64,000 bases of DNA from an uncultured Actinomycetes bacterium (GTDB lineage Bacteria > Actinomycetota > Acidimicrobiia > Acidimicrobiales > RAAP-2), in contig CAIYAP010000006.1 of assembly GCA_903924205.1 (NCBI GenBank), positions 106,567 through 170,566 on the forward strand, given 5' to 3'. Shown here one piece after another: positions 1-9,899 of the stretch. The stretch's first letter is position 1. Each line of letters starts with the position of its first letter. The notes below the pieces were generated by a model. It saw only the letters and a list, made by a program, of their open reading frames with translations, was not told the DNA's origin and ran no database searches. Position numbers and translations under genes: made by a program.

Positions 1-1
1 G

Positions 2-331
2 CAGGTTGCGCTGGCGCATGTGCAGGACCAGCTGCTGGCGGCACAGTCGCAGTACGCCGCGGCGGTCTCTCAGATCACCAAGAATGCAAGCCCTGAGTAC
101 TTGGCATCCAAGGTCGGCGGCTCGAATTTGGTGGTGCCGACGTCAGTTTCTCAAATTCTCCGCGTGCCTCTTGATGTGCCGTTGGCTGTCCCTCACGTTC
201 GCGGTGGCTATGCGATCTCACGCGCCCTTGTGGACAATCGCGTACCTGGCTCTACCTCGTCATCGGTGACATCGACCTCCCACTCGTCCGCCACGGTGGT
301 CGCGGCCACGGTGTCTCACACGCAGAAATGA
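2..331 (+). CDS. 3' part of a gene entering from the left edge; position fits an FtsL-type septation protein
   Basis: The frame is open from base 2. The TGA stop at 329-331 overlaps the ftsI ATG (ATGA). It lies directly upstream of ftsI, as ftsL does in dcw clusters. I saw no diagnostic motif. Confidence 0.35.
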   Translation, partial: QVALAHVQDQLLAAQSQYAAAVSQITKNASPEYLASKVGGSNLVVPTSVSQILRVPLDVPLAVPHVRGGYAISRALVDNRVPGSTSSSVTSTSHSSATVVAATVSHTQK

Positions 332-2208
332 GCCGAAGCGTCCGACGTTCCGCGAAGAATCGCGATTTCGTTCGCGAAAACTCGACGCATTTCGAACACC
401 GCGTGACCCTGATGCGCAATGCGGCATTGATTTTTGGCATCGTTGTGGTGCTGAATCTGGCCTGGATACAGCTCTACCGCCACTCGAGTTACGCCACGCT
501 GAGTTACCGGCAATTCCACAGCAAATTTGCGATCCCCGCCGATCGCGGAACTCTGTATGACCGCAATGCCGTACCTCTCGCGCTCTCCGCGCCCACCGAC
601 GAAGTCTGGGCGGACGACCTTCAAATTGCGCGTAAGACGACGCCATTGGCCGAGGCTCAGGCACTGTCACCCCTCGTGCACGTGCCGGTAGGCAAACTCG
701 TGCCTCTGCTCACTATTCACTATGGGTCTGGCCATACTTTGATTACCAACAGCCTGTCCTTGGAGGACGGCGACAAGTTGACGAATCGAAATTTGCCCGG
801 CATATTGGTGCAGAGAGGCTCGGCCCGCGTATATCCGAATGGTGAGCTTGCACACAGCTTGCTCGGTGGGGTGCACTCGGTCGGTTTGACGGGAATCTCG
901 TCGGTCAGCAATTTGACCAACCAAGAGGGCTACGCAGGACTCGAATACAAGTTCCAATCGCTGCTCGGTGGGCAGACCGGGATCGGAATTGCCCTGCGCC
1001 ACGACCATGTCAATTTGCCAGGTTCGAAGGTGCAGACTGTCCAACGTGCCGTACCGGGGTCATCGGTGGAGCTAACGATCGACACTCCGCTGCAGTACAT
1101 CACCGAGCAGGCGCTTGCCAGTCAACTCCTGGCAATGCGAGCACTCGATGGTGTCGCCATTGTCATGGATGTTCACACGGGTCAAATTCTGGCCGATGCG
1201 TCTCTCGTCAACACTCGTGTGAAGGACTCGCGACTCCCATCTCCCACCACGTGGGGTGTGAATGTCGGCGTTCCTGGTATTCAGCAGTCGATCAATAACC
1301 TGCCCTTCACCATGACCTACGAGCCGGGTTCGGTGTTCAAAATCGTGCCATTCTCGGCCGCCATCTCCCTCGGCACGGCCACGCCGACCACTGCGTACAC
1401 CGTGCCGTATTCGGTGGTCGTCGGCACTCGCGTGTTTCACGATGCCGAACGCCACGGAACACTTCACCTGAATGCCACTCAAATTCTTGCGGCCTCATCC
1501 AATATTGGCACCTACCTCATCTCGAAGCAGGTGGGGGAAAACAATTTGCTGAATCAGGTGAATCGTTTGGGCTTTGGAGCAACGACGAGTGTGAACTTTC
1601 CAGGTGAAAGCGCCGGCCTCTTGGTTGGTCAGTCCAGCTGGCACAACTCCGACTTGGCATCTCTTCCGATCGGGCAGGTTGACGCAGTGACACCCATTCA
1701 GGTGCTCGACGCGTACAACTGCATCGCGAATGGTGGCGTCTTCATCGAACCCACTCTGGTTCGTGCGACTATCAGTTCCACCGGCGTGCCGACGGCGGCG
1801 CCCAAGTCGTTGTCGTATCGAGTGTTCACTCCTTCAGTGGCGCAGACGTTAAACAACATGCTCCAAGACGTGGTGCGAGTCGGGACCGGGCTCAAGGCGA
1901 TTATTGAGGGATATGCCGTGGCGGGCAAGACGGGCACGGCCGCCATGCCGCGACCGGGTGTAGCGGCGTACGTCAACGGTGCCTACAACGCGTCGTTCGT
2001 CGGCTTTGCGCCAGCCGACCACCCGACCTTGTCGATGATCGTGTTACTGCAGCGCCCCACCACCAGCATCTTCGGTGGTGATGCCGCCGCCCCGGTCTTT
2101 CAGCGAGTCATGAGTTACGCGCTTCGTCACTACGGGGTCCCTCTGTCAGGCACCTTCCGCAGTGGCGTCAAGGTGGCTGCGGGCGTGTCATCGGACGTGA
2201 CGCGATGA
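328..2208 (+). CDS. ftsI: Class B penicillin-binding protein / peptidoglycan D,D-transpeptidase FtsI
   Basis: 626 aa with an N-terminal TM helix. Carries the transpeptidase motifs SVFK (SxxK), SSN and KTGT. First full gene of the dcw cluster. Confidence 0.9.
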   Translation: MSRSVRRSAKNRDFVRENSTHFEHRVTLMRNAALIFGIVVVLNLAWIQLYRHSSYATLSYRQFHSKFAIPADRGTLYDRNAVPLALSAPTDEVWADDLQIARKTTPLAEAQALSPLVHVPVGKLVPLLTIHYGSGHTLITNSLSLEDGDKLTNRNLPGILVQRGSARVYPNGELAHSLLGGVHSVGLTGISSVSNLTNQEGYAGLEYKFQSLLGGQTGIGIALRHDHVNLPGSKVQTVQRAVPGSSVELTIDTPLQYITEQALASQLLAMRALDGVAIVMDVHTGQILADASLVNTRVKDSRLPSPTTWGVNVGVPGIQQSINNLPFTMTYEPGSVFKIVPFSAAISLGTATPTTAYTVPYSVVVGTRVFHDAERHGTLHLNATQILAASSNIGTYLISKQVGENNLLNQVNRLGFGATTSVNFPGESAGLLVGQSSWHNSDLASLPIGQVDAVTPIQVLDAYNCIANGGVFIEPTLVRATISSTGVPTAAPKSLSYRVFTPSVAQTLNNMLQDVVRVGTGLKAIIEGYAVAGKTGTAAMPRPGVAAYVNGAYNASFVGFAPADHPTLSMIVLLQRPTTSIFGGDAAAPVFQRVMSYALRHYGVPLSGTFRSGVKVAAGVSSDVTR

Positions 2209-3581
2209 AGGCCCGCGATCTCGACCCTCGACTGTCAAGTCTCGGCGACCTCGACATCACTCGCATTGACAACTTGTCGGGGGAGTGTCAGCCGGGTTCG
2301 CTCTTCGTGGCCGTACCCGGCACTCAGTCAGACGGCACCCAGTACATCCCCGACGCCATTGCCCGTGGGGCGGTGGCGGTCGTGTCGACGGCACCCAGCA
2401 CTCTCGCTCCGACGGCGGTTCTCAGCGCGACGGACATTCGAGACTTTCTGTCTCTCGCGTCGGCTCGTATCGTCGGCAACCCCGAGGAGCATCTGCGCAT
2501 TATTTCGGTGACGGGGACGAATGGCAAGACGTCGGTGACACACTTCGTGCGTGACATCGCCCTAGCGCTCGGCGAATCGGCCACGGCGATGGGCACCTTG
2601 TCACACGTTCGAACAACCCCAGCACCGCCCGCACTTTTTCGCAGCCTTCGCGACATTCTTGACCGCGAGGGAGCCGGAACGGTGGTGGCGATGGAAGTGT
2701 CGAGCCACGCTCTCGACCAAGGTCGTACCGATGGTGTCATCGCCGATGTCGCGGTCTTCACCAACCTGTCTCACGATCACCTCGATTATCACGTGACCAT
2801 GGATGACTACTTCGCGGCCAAGGCACTGCTGTTTACTCCGGAGCACAGTCGTCGCGGCGTCGTGGTCGAGTCCACGTGGGGGCAACGTTTGCTCGAGAAA
2901 GCGACCGTCCCGACGATATCGGTGTCGCGCGCGGATTTCACGTCGCTACACGTGGGATGGAACGAAATCACTGCCGTATGGCGCGGGCATGATCTCACCG
3001 CTCCGGTGGGCGGAGCAGTCAATGTGCTGAATCTCGCGGCCGCGATGGCGGCCGTGTCGGAGTTGACCAATATGCCCGATCGCGACATCGCCGATGCCGT
3101 TTCAAAACTGCACGTGGTTCCCGGTCGCTACCAGGTGGTCCAGCGACACCCCGACATCGTGATTGACTACGCGCACACTCCCGATGGGCTGCAGCAGATT
3201 TTGAGCGATGCTCGCACGATGACCACGGGGCGAATTGTGGTGGTCTTTGGCTGTGGTGGTGACCGCGACCGAGAGAAGCGACCCATTATGGGCGACATCG
3301 CCTACCGTTCGGCTGATGTGCGCATCATCACGACGGATAACTCGCGAAGTGAAGACCCCGCCGAGATTGCCCGTGAGATCGTCGGATCTCATTCCGGTGA
3401 CCACTTTCATGTCGAGCTGAATCGTCGTCGGGCCATCGAGTACGCGATGTCGGTGGCCACGGCAGATGATGTCATCATCATCGCCGGTAAAGGCCACGAG
3501 AGAACGCAAACTATTGGTGCGACCGTCAGCGACTTTTCTGATGTCGATACCGTTCGAGAATTATTGGAGTCACCATGTTGA
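2205..3581 (+). CDS. murE: UDP-N-acetylmuramoyl-L-alanyl-D-glutamate--2,6-diaminopimelate ligase MurE
   Basis: Mur ligase P-loop VTGTNGKTS. C-terminal DNSRSEDP corresponds to the MurE DNPR box. ATGA overlap with ftsI. Confidence 0.88.
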   Translation: MKARDLDPRLSSLGDLDITRIDNLSGECQPGSLFVAVPGTQSDGTQYIPDAIARGAVAVVSTAPSTLAPTAVLSATDIRDFLSLASARIVGNPEEHLRIISVTGTNGKTSVTHFVRDIALALGESATAMGTLSHVRTTPAPPALFRSLRDILDREGAGTVVAMEVSSHALDQGRTDGVIADVAVFTNLSHDHLDYHVTMDDYFAAKALLFTPEHSRRGVVVESTWGQRLLEKATVPTISVSRADFTSLHVGWNEITAVWRGHDLTAPVGGAVNVLNLAAAMAAVSELTNMPDRDIADAVSKLHVVPGRYQVVQRHPDIVIDYAHTPDGLQQILSDARTMTTGRIVVVFGCGGDRDREKRPIMGDIAYRSADVRIITTDNSRSEDPAEIAREIVGSHSGDHFHVELNRRRAIEYAMSVATADDVIIIAGKGHERTQTIGATVSDFSDVDTVRELLESPC

Positions 3582-4606
3582 GTTTGATGGAAGCTGGCGG
3601 CGTCTCGTTCTTGCTGACGATTTTTCTTACCCCGATGCTGATTCGATATTTGCGTGACCGGTCCATGGGGCAGAGCATTCGTGAAGACGGACCCCAGCAC
3701 CAGCACAAGGCGGGAACGCCCACCATGGGCGGTGTGGTCATTGTGTTCGCGTCAGTCGTCGGGTATCTGATGGGGCACGTGGGAACCGCCATCACCTTCA
3801 CCCGCGCGGGTGTACTCGCCATTCTCACCATCACCGCGGCGGGCTTGCTGGGTTTTGCCGACGATGCCATCAGTGTGCGTCATTCACGAAATCTTGGTCT
3901 CAATAAGCGCGGGAAGCTCCTCGGACAATTGGCGATCGCGGCGGCCTTCGCGACCTTGGCAGTTACCTGGGTGCACACCAGTACGACACTCTCATTCACG
4001 CGCTGGTCCCTACCCGGTTGGCACCTGGGTCCGGTCAGCTGGGCGCTGCTGTGCGTCTTCGCTCTCGTTGCCACCAGCAACGCGGTGAATTTCACTGACG
4101 GGCTCGATGGACTCGTTGCCGGTTCGTCGACTTTCTCCTTCGCCGTCATCGCCATTATCGGATATTGGGAATTCCGCCACTTTTCGATCTACCAACTCTC
4201 TCCATCCTTGGACCTGGGACTCATCGCGGTGGCGTTCGTGGGCGCCTGCCTTGGGTTTCTGTGGTGGAACGCCGCCCCGGCGAAAATCTTCATGGGGGAC
4301 ACCGGCTCCTTGGCCATTGGAACGTCGTTGGCCTCCGTCTGCTTCTTGATGAATCTGGACTTACTGCTGATCATCATTGGCGGACTCTTCGTAGTCGAGG
4401 CAGCCTCGGTGGTTTTGCAGATTTTTAGCTATCGCGTTTTTGGTCGGCGTATTTTTCGCATGACGCCCATTCATCATCACTTCGAATTGAAAGGGTGGCC
4501 AGAGACGACGGTGACCATTCGATTCTGGATTCTTGCGATTTTGCTCGCGGCGCTGGGCCTCGGCATCTTCTACGGAGACTTTTTGAAGATCGCGAAGGTG
4601 GTGTGA
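3575..4606 (+). CDS. mraY: Phospho-N-acetylmuramoyl-pentapeptide transferase MraY
   Basis: 343 aa polytopic membrane protein with NAVNFTDGLDGL and GDTGSLAIG motifs. Overlaps the murE end by 7 nt. Confidence 0.95.
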   Translation: MLSLMEAGGVSFLLTIFLTPMLIRYLRDRSMGQSIREDGPQHQHKAGTPTMGGVVIVFASVVGYLMGHVGTAITFTRAGVLAILTITAAGLLGFADDAISVRHSRNLGLNKRGKLLGQLAIAAAFATLAVTWVHTSTTLSFTRWSLPGWHLGPVSWALLCVFALVATSNAVNFTDGLDGLVAGSSTFSFAVIAIIGYWEFRHFSIYQLSPSLDLGLIAVAFVGACLGFLWWNAAPAKIFMGDTGSLAIGTSLASVCFLMNLDLLLIIIGGLFVVEAASVVLQIFSYRVFGRRIFRMTPIHHHFELKGWPETTVTIRFWILAILLAALGLGIFYGDFLKIAKVV

Positions 4607-5793
4607 TGTTTCGCCGCTCGCCCAAGCGTGGAAAGCGCTCGTCATCATTCTGGGACAAGATTCCCATGACTCGCGGTGAGGTGTTCCTCGCGACGCCCAC
4701 CATCGCCCTGCTGATTGCGGGAGTCGTCATGGTGGGCTCGGCATCCGCACGAACCGCCGGTGGCTCAGGTGGCTTGATGAAGTCGACGACGCTGCGTGAA
4801 GCCGGTCTTGCCGCGTTCGGAGCATCTATGTATTTTCTGATTCGCAAGGTGCCGGTTGCCAGCATGCTGCGATGGTCGAAAGTTTTTCTGTTCATCTGCT
4901 TTCTTGGCTTGCTCGCAGTGCCCTTGATTGGTCACGCCGTCGACGGTGGAAAGCGTTGGATTGGCGTTGGTACATTCACCGTCCAGCCGTCGGAGTTCAC
5001 CAAACTCGCCTTCGTCTTGGCCGCGGCGGCGTGGATTGCGCATGCGGAACGAGAAAGTTCCGACTGGCTCCGGTCTGCCTACCTCCTCGCGCCGCTATTC
5101 GTCGCGACTCTGCTCATTGTGAAAACGGAGCGCGATGCGGGCACGGCGGCGGTGATTTTCTTTTCCACCTTCGCGATCTATTTCGCGGCTGGTATCAAAC
5201 GGCGGACTTTCTACCAAGTCCTGACCTTGGCAGTGGTGGGTCTCGGCTTCTCACTCGTGATCAACAAGTACCAGCGCGATCGTGTCAAGGGACTCTTTTT
5301 TCAGAATGAAGGTTGGCAAACGTTCAATCAGCAAGCCCACCAGGCCCGTATCGGTTTTGGCGCCGGAGGCTTCGGCGGCCTCGGTTACGGCAACGGACGA
5401 GAAAAGTGGGGGCTGGTCGCTAACCCACACTCGGACTTCATCTTCTCCACCATCGGCGAAGAATTGGGCTTCGTTGGCGCCGTGGCGACGCTGGTGCTCC
5501 TCGGATGGTTGCTCTTGGGGGCCTGGCGAATTGCCATGACCGCACGTCGACGCGAGTCTCAATTGTTGGCGGTGGGTATTGCATCGTGGTTCACCATTCA
5601 GATTGGAATGAATATCGGTTCAGTCACTGGCTTGTTCCCAGTGACGGGAGTGCCGTTGCCCCTCGTCTCATATGGCGGAACGTCATTAGTGGTGGACCTT
5701 GCCGCCTTGGCGGTGTTAGGGGCGGTGGCGAGAGAAACGGAGAATTCGCTGAGGACTATTTCTCCTGAGCACGCGGGGGCGAGGAGTCGCTAA
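4606..5793 (+). CDS. ftsW: SEDS-family peptidoglycan glycosyltransferase FtsW
   Basis: Motifs PSEFTKLAFVL, SDFIFSTIGEELGF and PLPLVSYGGTS. I chose the ATG at 4606 (TGATG junction with mraY) rather than the upstream ORF start at 4495, which lies inside mraY. Confidence 0.88.
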   Translation: MFRRSPKRGKRSSSFWDKIPMTRGEVFLATPTIALLIAGVVMVGSASARTAGGSGGLMKSTTLREAGLAAFGASMYFLIRKVPVASMLRWSKVFLFICFLGLLAVPLIGHAVDGGKRWIGVGTFTVQPSEFTKLAFVLAAAAWIAHAERESSDWLRSAYLLAPLFVATLLIVKTERDAGTAAVIFFSTFAIYFAAGIKRRTFYQVLTLAVVGLGFSLVINKYQRDRVKGLFFQNEGWQTFNQQAHQARIGFGAGGFGGLGYGNGREKWGLVANPHSDFIFSTIGEELGFVGAVATLVLLGWLLLGAWRIAMTARRRESQLLAVGIASWFTIQIGMNIGSVTGLFPVTGVPLPLVSYGGTSLVVDLAALAVLGAVARETENSLRTISPEHAGARSR

Positions 5794-6887
5794 TGGCAGG
5801 GGCGATCGTCTTGACCGGAGGCGGCACGGGAGGTCACATCTTTCCCATGCTGGCGGTGAGCGATGCCTTGCAGACAGGGGGCGTACTCCCCGCAAGTCTT
5901 GAATTGGTGGGTTCGCGTCGAGGACAAGAACGTCGCTTGTGGGCGGGACGACCCGAGGTTCGGCGCTTCTTGCTAGGTCGCGGCATCGTCCGATCACTGC
6001 ACCCTCGCAACATCCTCAGTGCGGTGCAGCTGAAGCTATCGACCTTGTACTGCGTGGGTCGCTGCCTCTTTCGCCGACCGGCCGTCGTGGTGTCCTTCGG
6101 TGGCTACGCAGCTTTTCCGATGGCGATGGCGGCGGGCATCACACGTACGCCGCTGGTACTGGTGGAGCTTGATGCGGTCGCGAGTGCGACCAATCGTGTC
6201 GCCGCACGCTGGGCCACACGGCGCTGCCTCGCTGTCGGCGAGGAAACTGAGCGTGACGCGGTAACAGGTGCGCCGGTTCGCGCAGATATCGAGACCCTTG
6301 ATCGATCGGACGAGGCTCGCGAGCGAGCTCGTCGAGCGCTCAACATCGACACCTCCACCGTGGTCGTCGTGATGACGGGATCTCTGGGTGCTCGTTCCGT
6401 GAACATGGCGGTTGCGAAGTGGGTGGCTGCCGGTCTCCCTGACGATGTCACGGTGCTACACGTGACCGGTCGTCGAGATGCCGCGGACGTGGCGCAGGCG
6501 ACAATGGCGGCGGGCGATAATTACCGCCGCATTGATTTTGCTGACAATATGCCGGCGCTCTGGCAAGCCGCCGACGTCGCTATCTGTCGATCGGGCGCCA
6601 CCACGGTGGCCGAACTTGTTGCCATCGCGCTGCCGTCAGTGCTCGTCCCGTTACCCGGGGCGCCGGGCGATCATCAAACTCATAATGCGAGTGCTCTCGC
6701 CGCGGTGGGCGGTGCCGTCGTTATTGCGGACCGCGATGTGAGCGCGAGCAGCCTAAGCTCGGCGCTGTCACCCTGGCTTGCCGAATCGCGGTCGCGGTTG
6801 CTGGCGGAAGCCGGCTTGCGTCAGCTGCGTCACCCTGGTGCTGCGACTGCCATTGCCCGCGTGATTCGCGAGGTCGCCCATGTCTAG
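5793..6887 (+). CDS. murG: UDP-GlcNAc--undecaprenyl-PP-MurNAc-pentapeptide GlcNAc transferase MurG
   Basis: N-terminal GGTGGHIFP. C-terminal GATTVAEL and the PLPGAPGDHQTHNA region are typical of MurG. TAATG junction with ftsW. Confidence 0.92.
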   Translation: MAGAIVLTGGGTGGHIFPMLAVSDALQTGGVLPASLELVGSRRGQERRLWAGRPEVRRFLLGRGIVRSLHPRNILSAVQLKLSTLYCVGRCLFRRPAVVVSFGGYAAFPMAMAAGITRTPLVLVELDAVASATNRVAARWATRRCLAVGEETERDAVTGAPVRADIETLDRSDEARERARRALNIDTSTVVVVMTGSLGARSVNMAVAKWVAAGLPDDVTVLHVTGRRDAADVAQATMAAGDNYRRIDFADNMPALWQAADVAICRSGATTVAELVAIALPSVLVPLPGAPGDHQTHNASALAAVGGAVVIADRDVSASSLSSALSPWLAESRSRLLAEAGLRQLRHPGAATAIARVIREVAHV

Positions 6888-8208
6888 ATCGATTCACATT
6901 GTGGGCATCGGGGGTGCGGGGATGAGTGGCCTTGCGCGTTTGGCCCACGATTCGTCGTGGCGCGTCACCGGTAGCGACGATGTTGACAGTGCGGTGATCG
7001 CCGAACTTCGCACACTCGGTATTGCAATCAGCATTGGTCCGGCGCCGGACGAGTGGCTGGAGTCCGACCTCGTGACCGCCTCGCCGGCGATCTCGCCCGC
7101 ACATCTCGATCTCGCCCGCGCGTCGGCTCGTGGCAACCTGGTGGTGCGTGGGCAGGCCCTCGACGCCGTGAGCCAGGCGTGGCAACTCGTGTCAATCGCG
7201 GGAACGCACGGAAAGACCACGGCCACGTCCATGGCGGCGTTCGTCGCGCGCAGTGATGGGCGAGATGCATCATGGCTCGTGGGAGCGCCCATCGTGGGGC
7301 TCGGACCTAATGCCCACGGCGGCCTTGGCCCCTTGGTCTTGGAAACCGACGAGAGCTTCGGCACCTTTACGCATCTCACGCCTCATGATCTCATCCTGCT
7401 GAATGTGGATGCCGACCACCTCGATCACTACGGCTCAGAAATCGCATTGCATGCGGCGTTCGGAGATCTGGTGGAGCGCACGGCGGGAATCGTCGTGGTA
7501 GTTGAACGCGGCTCGACCGCTGGTCGCCTGGCATCAGCACGACGTCCGGTGACGTCGGTGGGTCGTGGATCTGATGACTACATCATCCATCACGAATACT
7601 TTTCGGGTACGAGCTCCTCGTGTCGGGTGTCGGGTGATCGCGGCGAGGTGAATATCACCCTGAAGGTTCCCGGCCGTCACAATATGGATAACGCTGCCGC
7701 GGTGGCGGTGTGGGCCCTCGAAAGCGGCTATTCGCCAGAGCACATTGCGACCGGGCTGGCGAGTTTTCGCGGCGCCCCACGGCGATTCACCGTGGTGGGT
7801 TCTCGCGGCCGGACCCAGCTCATTGACGACTACGCCCACTTGCCTCGCGAAGTATCCGCCACCATTGCCGCGGCGCGCGCGGGCGGGTTCGCTCGCATTG
7901 GCGTCATCTTTCAGCCGCATCGAGTCACACGAACTCGTCTACTTGCCCCCACTTTCGCGGGCGCCTTCACCGGGGTGGAAAAGCTCATCGTGACGGACGT
8001 CTACCGCTCGGGAGAGCCCGCCGAGGCGGGCGTTGATGGCAACTTGATTGTCAATGCCGTTCGCGGCGACGTGCCACACGTGTCATATGTGCCGGCGCTC
8101 AGTGACGCGCAGACGCTCGCGGAAGAATGGTTTGACGACCTCGACGCCATCATCCTGATGGGCGCGGGCGACATCGCCGATATCGCTGCTCACTGGAGCG
8201 TCGCATGA
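6880..8208 (+). CDS. murC: UDP-N-acetylmuramate--L-alanine ligase MurC
   Basis: IHIVGIGGAGMSGLA N-terminus and GTHGKTTATSM P-loop; 442 aa. Confidence 0.92.
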   Translation: MSRSIHIVGIGGAGMSGLARLAHDSSWRVTGSDDVDSAVIAELRTLGIAISIGPAPDEWLESDLVTASPAISPAHLDLARASARGNLVVRGQALDAVSQAWQLVSIAGTHGKTTATSMAAFVARSDGRDASWLVGAPIVGLGPNAHGGLGPLVLETDESFGTFTHLTPHDLILLNVDADHLDHYGSEIALHAAFGDLVERTAGIVVVVERGSTAGRLASARRPVTSVGRGSDDYIIHHEYFSGTSSSCRVSGDRGEVNITLKVPGRHNMDNAAAVAVWALESGYSPEHIATGLASFRGAPRRFTVVGSRGRTQLIDDYAHLPREVSATIAAARAGGFARIGVIFQPHRVTRTRLLAPTFAGAFTGVEKLIVTDVYRSGEPAEAGVDGNLIVNAVRGDVPHVSYVPALSDAQTLAEEWFDDLDAIILMGAGDIADIAAHWSVA

Positions 8209-9089
8209 AAATTCTCGAAAACGTTGACCTGGGCGCACGAACGACGTACCGAGTTGGCGGCCGCGCGCGTTTCGCATTGACCATCGAGAGCGAGGCTGAT
8301 GCCCCCAAGGTGGCGCAGTGGCTAAGGGGACACGAGTTGCCTCCGGTTGTCATGGGCCGAGGGTCAAATACCCTGGTCGCCGATGGCAACCACGACCTCG
8401 TCATGATTGACATTGACGTGGAGCCTCACCTTGAGGTTGAGCGTGACGCGGGGGGGTGGAGAGTCGTGGCGGGAGCGTCTTGGGCTTTGCCGCAACTAGC
8501 CCGTCAACTCGCCGACCACGCGGTGGGCGGCTTTGCCTGGGCGGTCGGCGTCCCGGGTTCTCTCGGTGGTGCCGTGGTGATGAACGCCGGCGGCCATGGG
8601 GGAGAGATGAGCCACTGCGTCACAGCGGTGCAACTTCTTGATCTGGCGAGGGGGTCAGTGCGCTGGGTGCCCGCCGCGGACATGCACTTCTCGTACCGCC
8701 ACAGCGCCGTGAGGTCGACAGATGTGGTCCTGGCGGCGACCATGTCGCTGCCTCACGGGTCACCCGACGAACTGCGTGCGCAGATGTCGGAGATTGTCGC
8801 GTGGCGTCGCGAGCACCAGCCGGGTGGTCGAAACGCCGGCAGCGTCTTTCGAAACCCTCCGGGCGATCACGCGGCTGGCTTGATTGAGGCCGCGGGCCTG
8901 AAAGGGTTGCGCGTCGGAGGAGCCGAAGTCTCGACGAAGCACGCCAATTTCATTCAGGCACTTGACGGCGCCACCGCGAGTGATGTGCATGAACTCATTC
9001 GTCGGGTTCGCGATGAGGTGGCGACGACCTCGGGCATACTTTTGCAGACGGAGATCAAGTTCGTAGGATTTCCTGAGGTGTCATCATGA
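8205..9089 (+). CDS. murB: UDP-N-acetylenolpyruvoylglucosamine reductase MurB
   Basis: FAD-binding N-terminus (TYRVGGRARF, GRGSNTLV) and an AGSVFRNP motif. ATGA overlap with murC. Confidence 0.9.
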   Translation: MKILENVDLGARTTYRVGGRARFALTIESEADAPKVAQWLRGHELPPVVMGRGSNTLVADGNHDLVMIDIDVEPHLEVERDAGGWRVVAGASWALPQLARQLADHAVGGFAWAVGVPGSLGGAVVMNAGGHGGEMSHCVTAVQLLDLARGSVRWVPAADMHFSYRHSAVRSTDVVLAATMSLPHGSPDELRAQMSEIVAWRREHQPGGRNAGSVFRNPPGDHAAGLIEAAGLKGLRVGGAEVSTKHANFIQALDGATASDVHELIRRVRDEVATTSGILLQTEIKFVGFPEVSS

Positions 9090-9811
9090 GTCGCCGACGT
9101 CGTGTCACACCAGCGCGTGAACCACGTCCTAAATGGTGGTGGCGATCGATTCTCCTCGGGGCCATCATCACGACCATGGTGCTCGGCGGGCAGTGGATTC
9201 TGCACCGCTCGTTCTTCGCGGTGCAGTCCATTGTCGTGACAGGGAATCTGCACGAGACGCGCGAACAAGTGGTGGCTCAGGCGGGCCTGACGACTCAGGT
9301 GGCGATGATTGATCTCAACGAGGCCAACATCTCTCGGCGACTCTCACTCATGCCCTGGGTGGCGCGCGCGGTGGTCTCACGGCAGTGGCCCCACTCGGTA
9401 TTAATGGTCATCACTGAGCGTCGACCCGTGGCGATCGCGGCGCGAGGGGCGACATACGACTTGGTCGCCGAAGATGGCGTCGATTTGGGGCCAGCGCCTC
9501 GCGGTACCAATCTCCCCGTGCTCGTCTCATCCTCCGGCCAGTGGCCCTACCAGGGCTCCGCACGAGACCTCGTCACCATTGCCGCCACCCTTCCTCGGGC
9601 ATTTTGGGCCCAAGTAGCAACGATTTCGCAGCGACCGGCCTCGGGAATTCGCCTCACCATGACGACACCTGTCACCTTCATTTTGGGCCCCGCCACCGAT
9701 CTGCCCGCCAAGTATGAAGATGTGGCTTCGGTTTTGGCCCACGAGAAGCTCGTCGCGGGCGACGTGGTGGACGTCACGGTCCCGTCGGCCGTGGCAATTA
9801 GTGGCCCTTAG
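9086..9811 (+). CDS. ftsQ: Cell division protein FtsQ (POTRA domain)
   Basis: Basic N-terminus, one TM helix, then a POTRA-like FFAVQSIVVTGN segment. Positioned between murB and ftsZ. Confidence 0.8.
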   Translation: MSRRRRVTPAREPRPKWWWRSILLGAIITTMVLGGQWILHRSFFAVQSIVVTGNLHETREQVVAQAGLTTQVAMIDLNEANISRRLSLMPWVARAVVSRQWPHSVLMVITERRPVAIAARGATYDLVAEDGVDLGPAPRGTNLPVLVSSSGQWPYQGSARDLVTIAATLPRAFWAQVATISQRPASGIRLTMTTPVTFILGPATDLPAKYEDVASVLAHEKLVAGDVVDVTVPSAVAISGP

Positions 9812-9819
9812 ATGATTGA

Positions 9820-9836
9820 CCCCTATTAAATAGGGG
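9820..9836. promoter_or_regulatory. Perfect 17-nt palindrome CCCCTATTAAATAGGGG in the ftsQ-ftsZ spacer
   Basis: The 7-nt arms are exact reverse complements around a TAA centre. It has an AT-rich core within GC-rich DNA and lies 64-80 nt upstream of the ftsZ ATG. Confidence 0.3.
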
Positions 9837-9899
9837 ACTAGCCTCTCGCGGAGGCGCAGTAGCGCAAGTCGGTCTCTGGCCGGTGGAAATGAGGATTAC

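Noticed and set aside
4495-4605. Upstream extension of the ftsW ORF
   Set aside because: It lies inside the 3' end of mraY. The ATG at 4606 gives the usual tight TGATG junction and an FtsW-like basic N-terminus followed by a TM helix.
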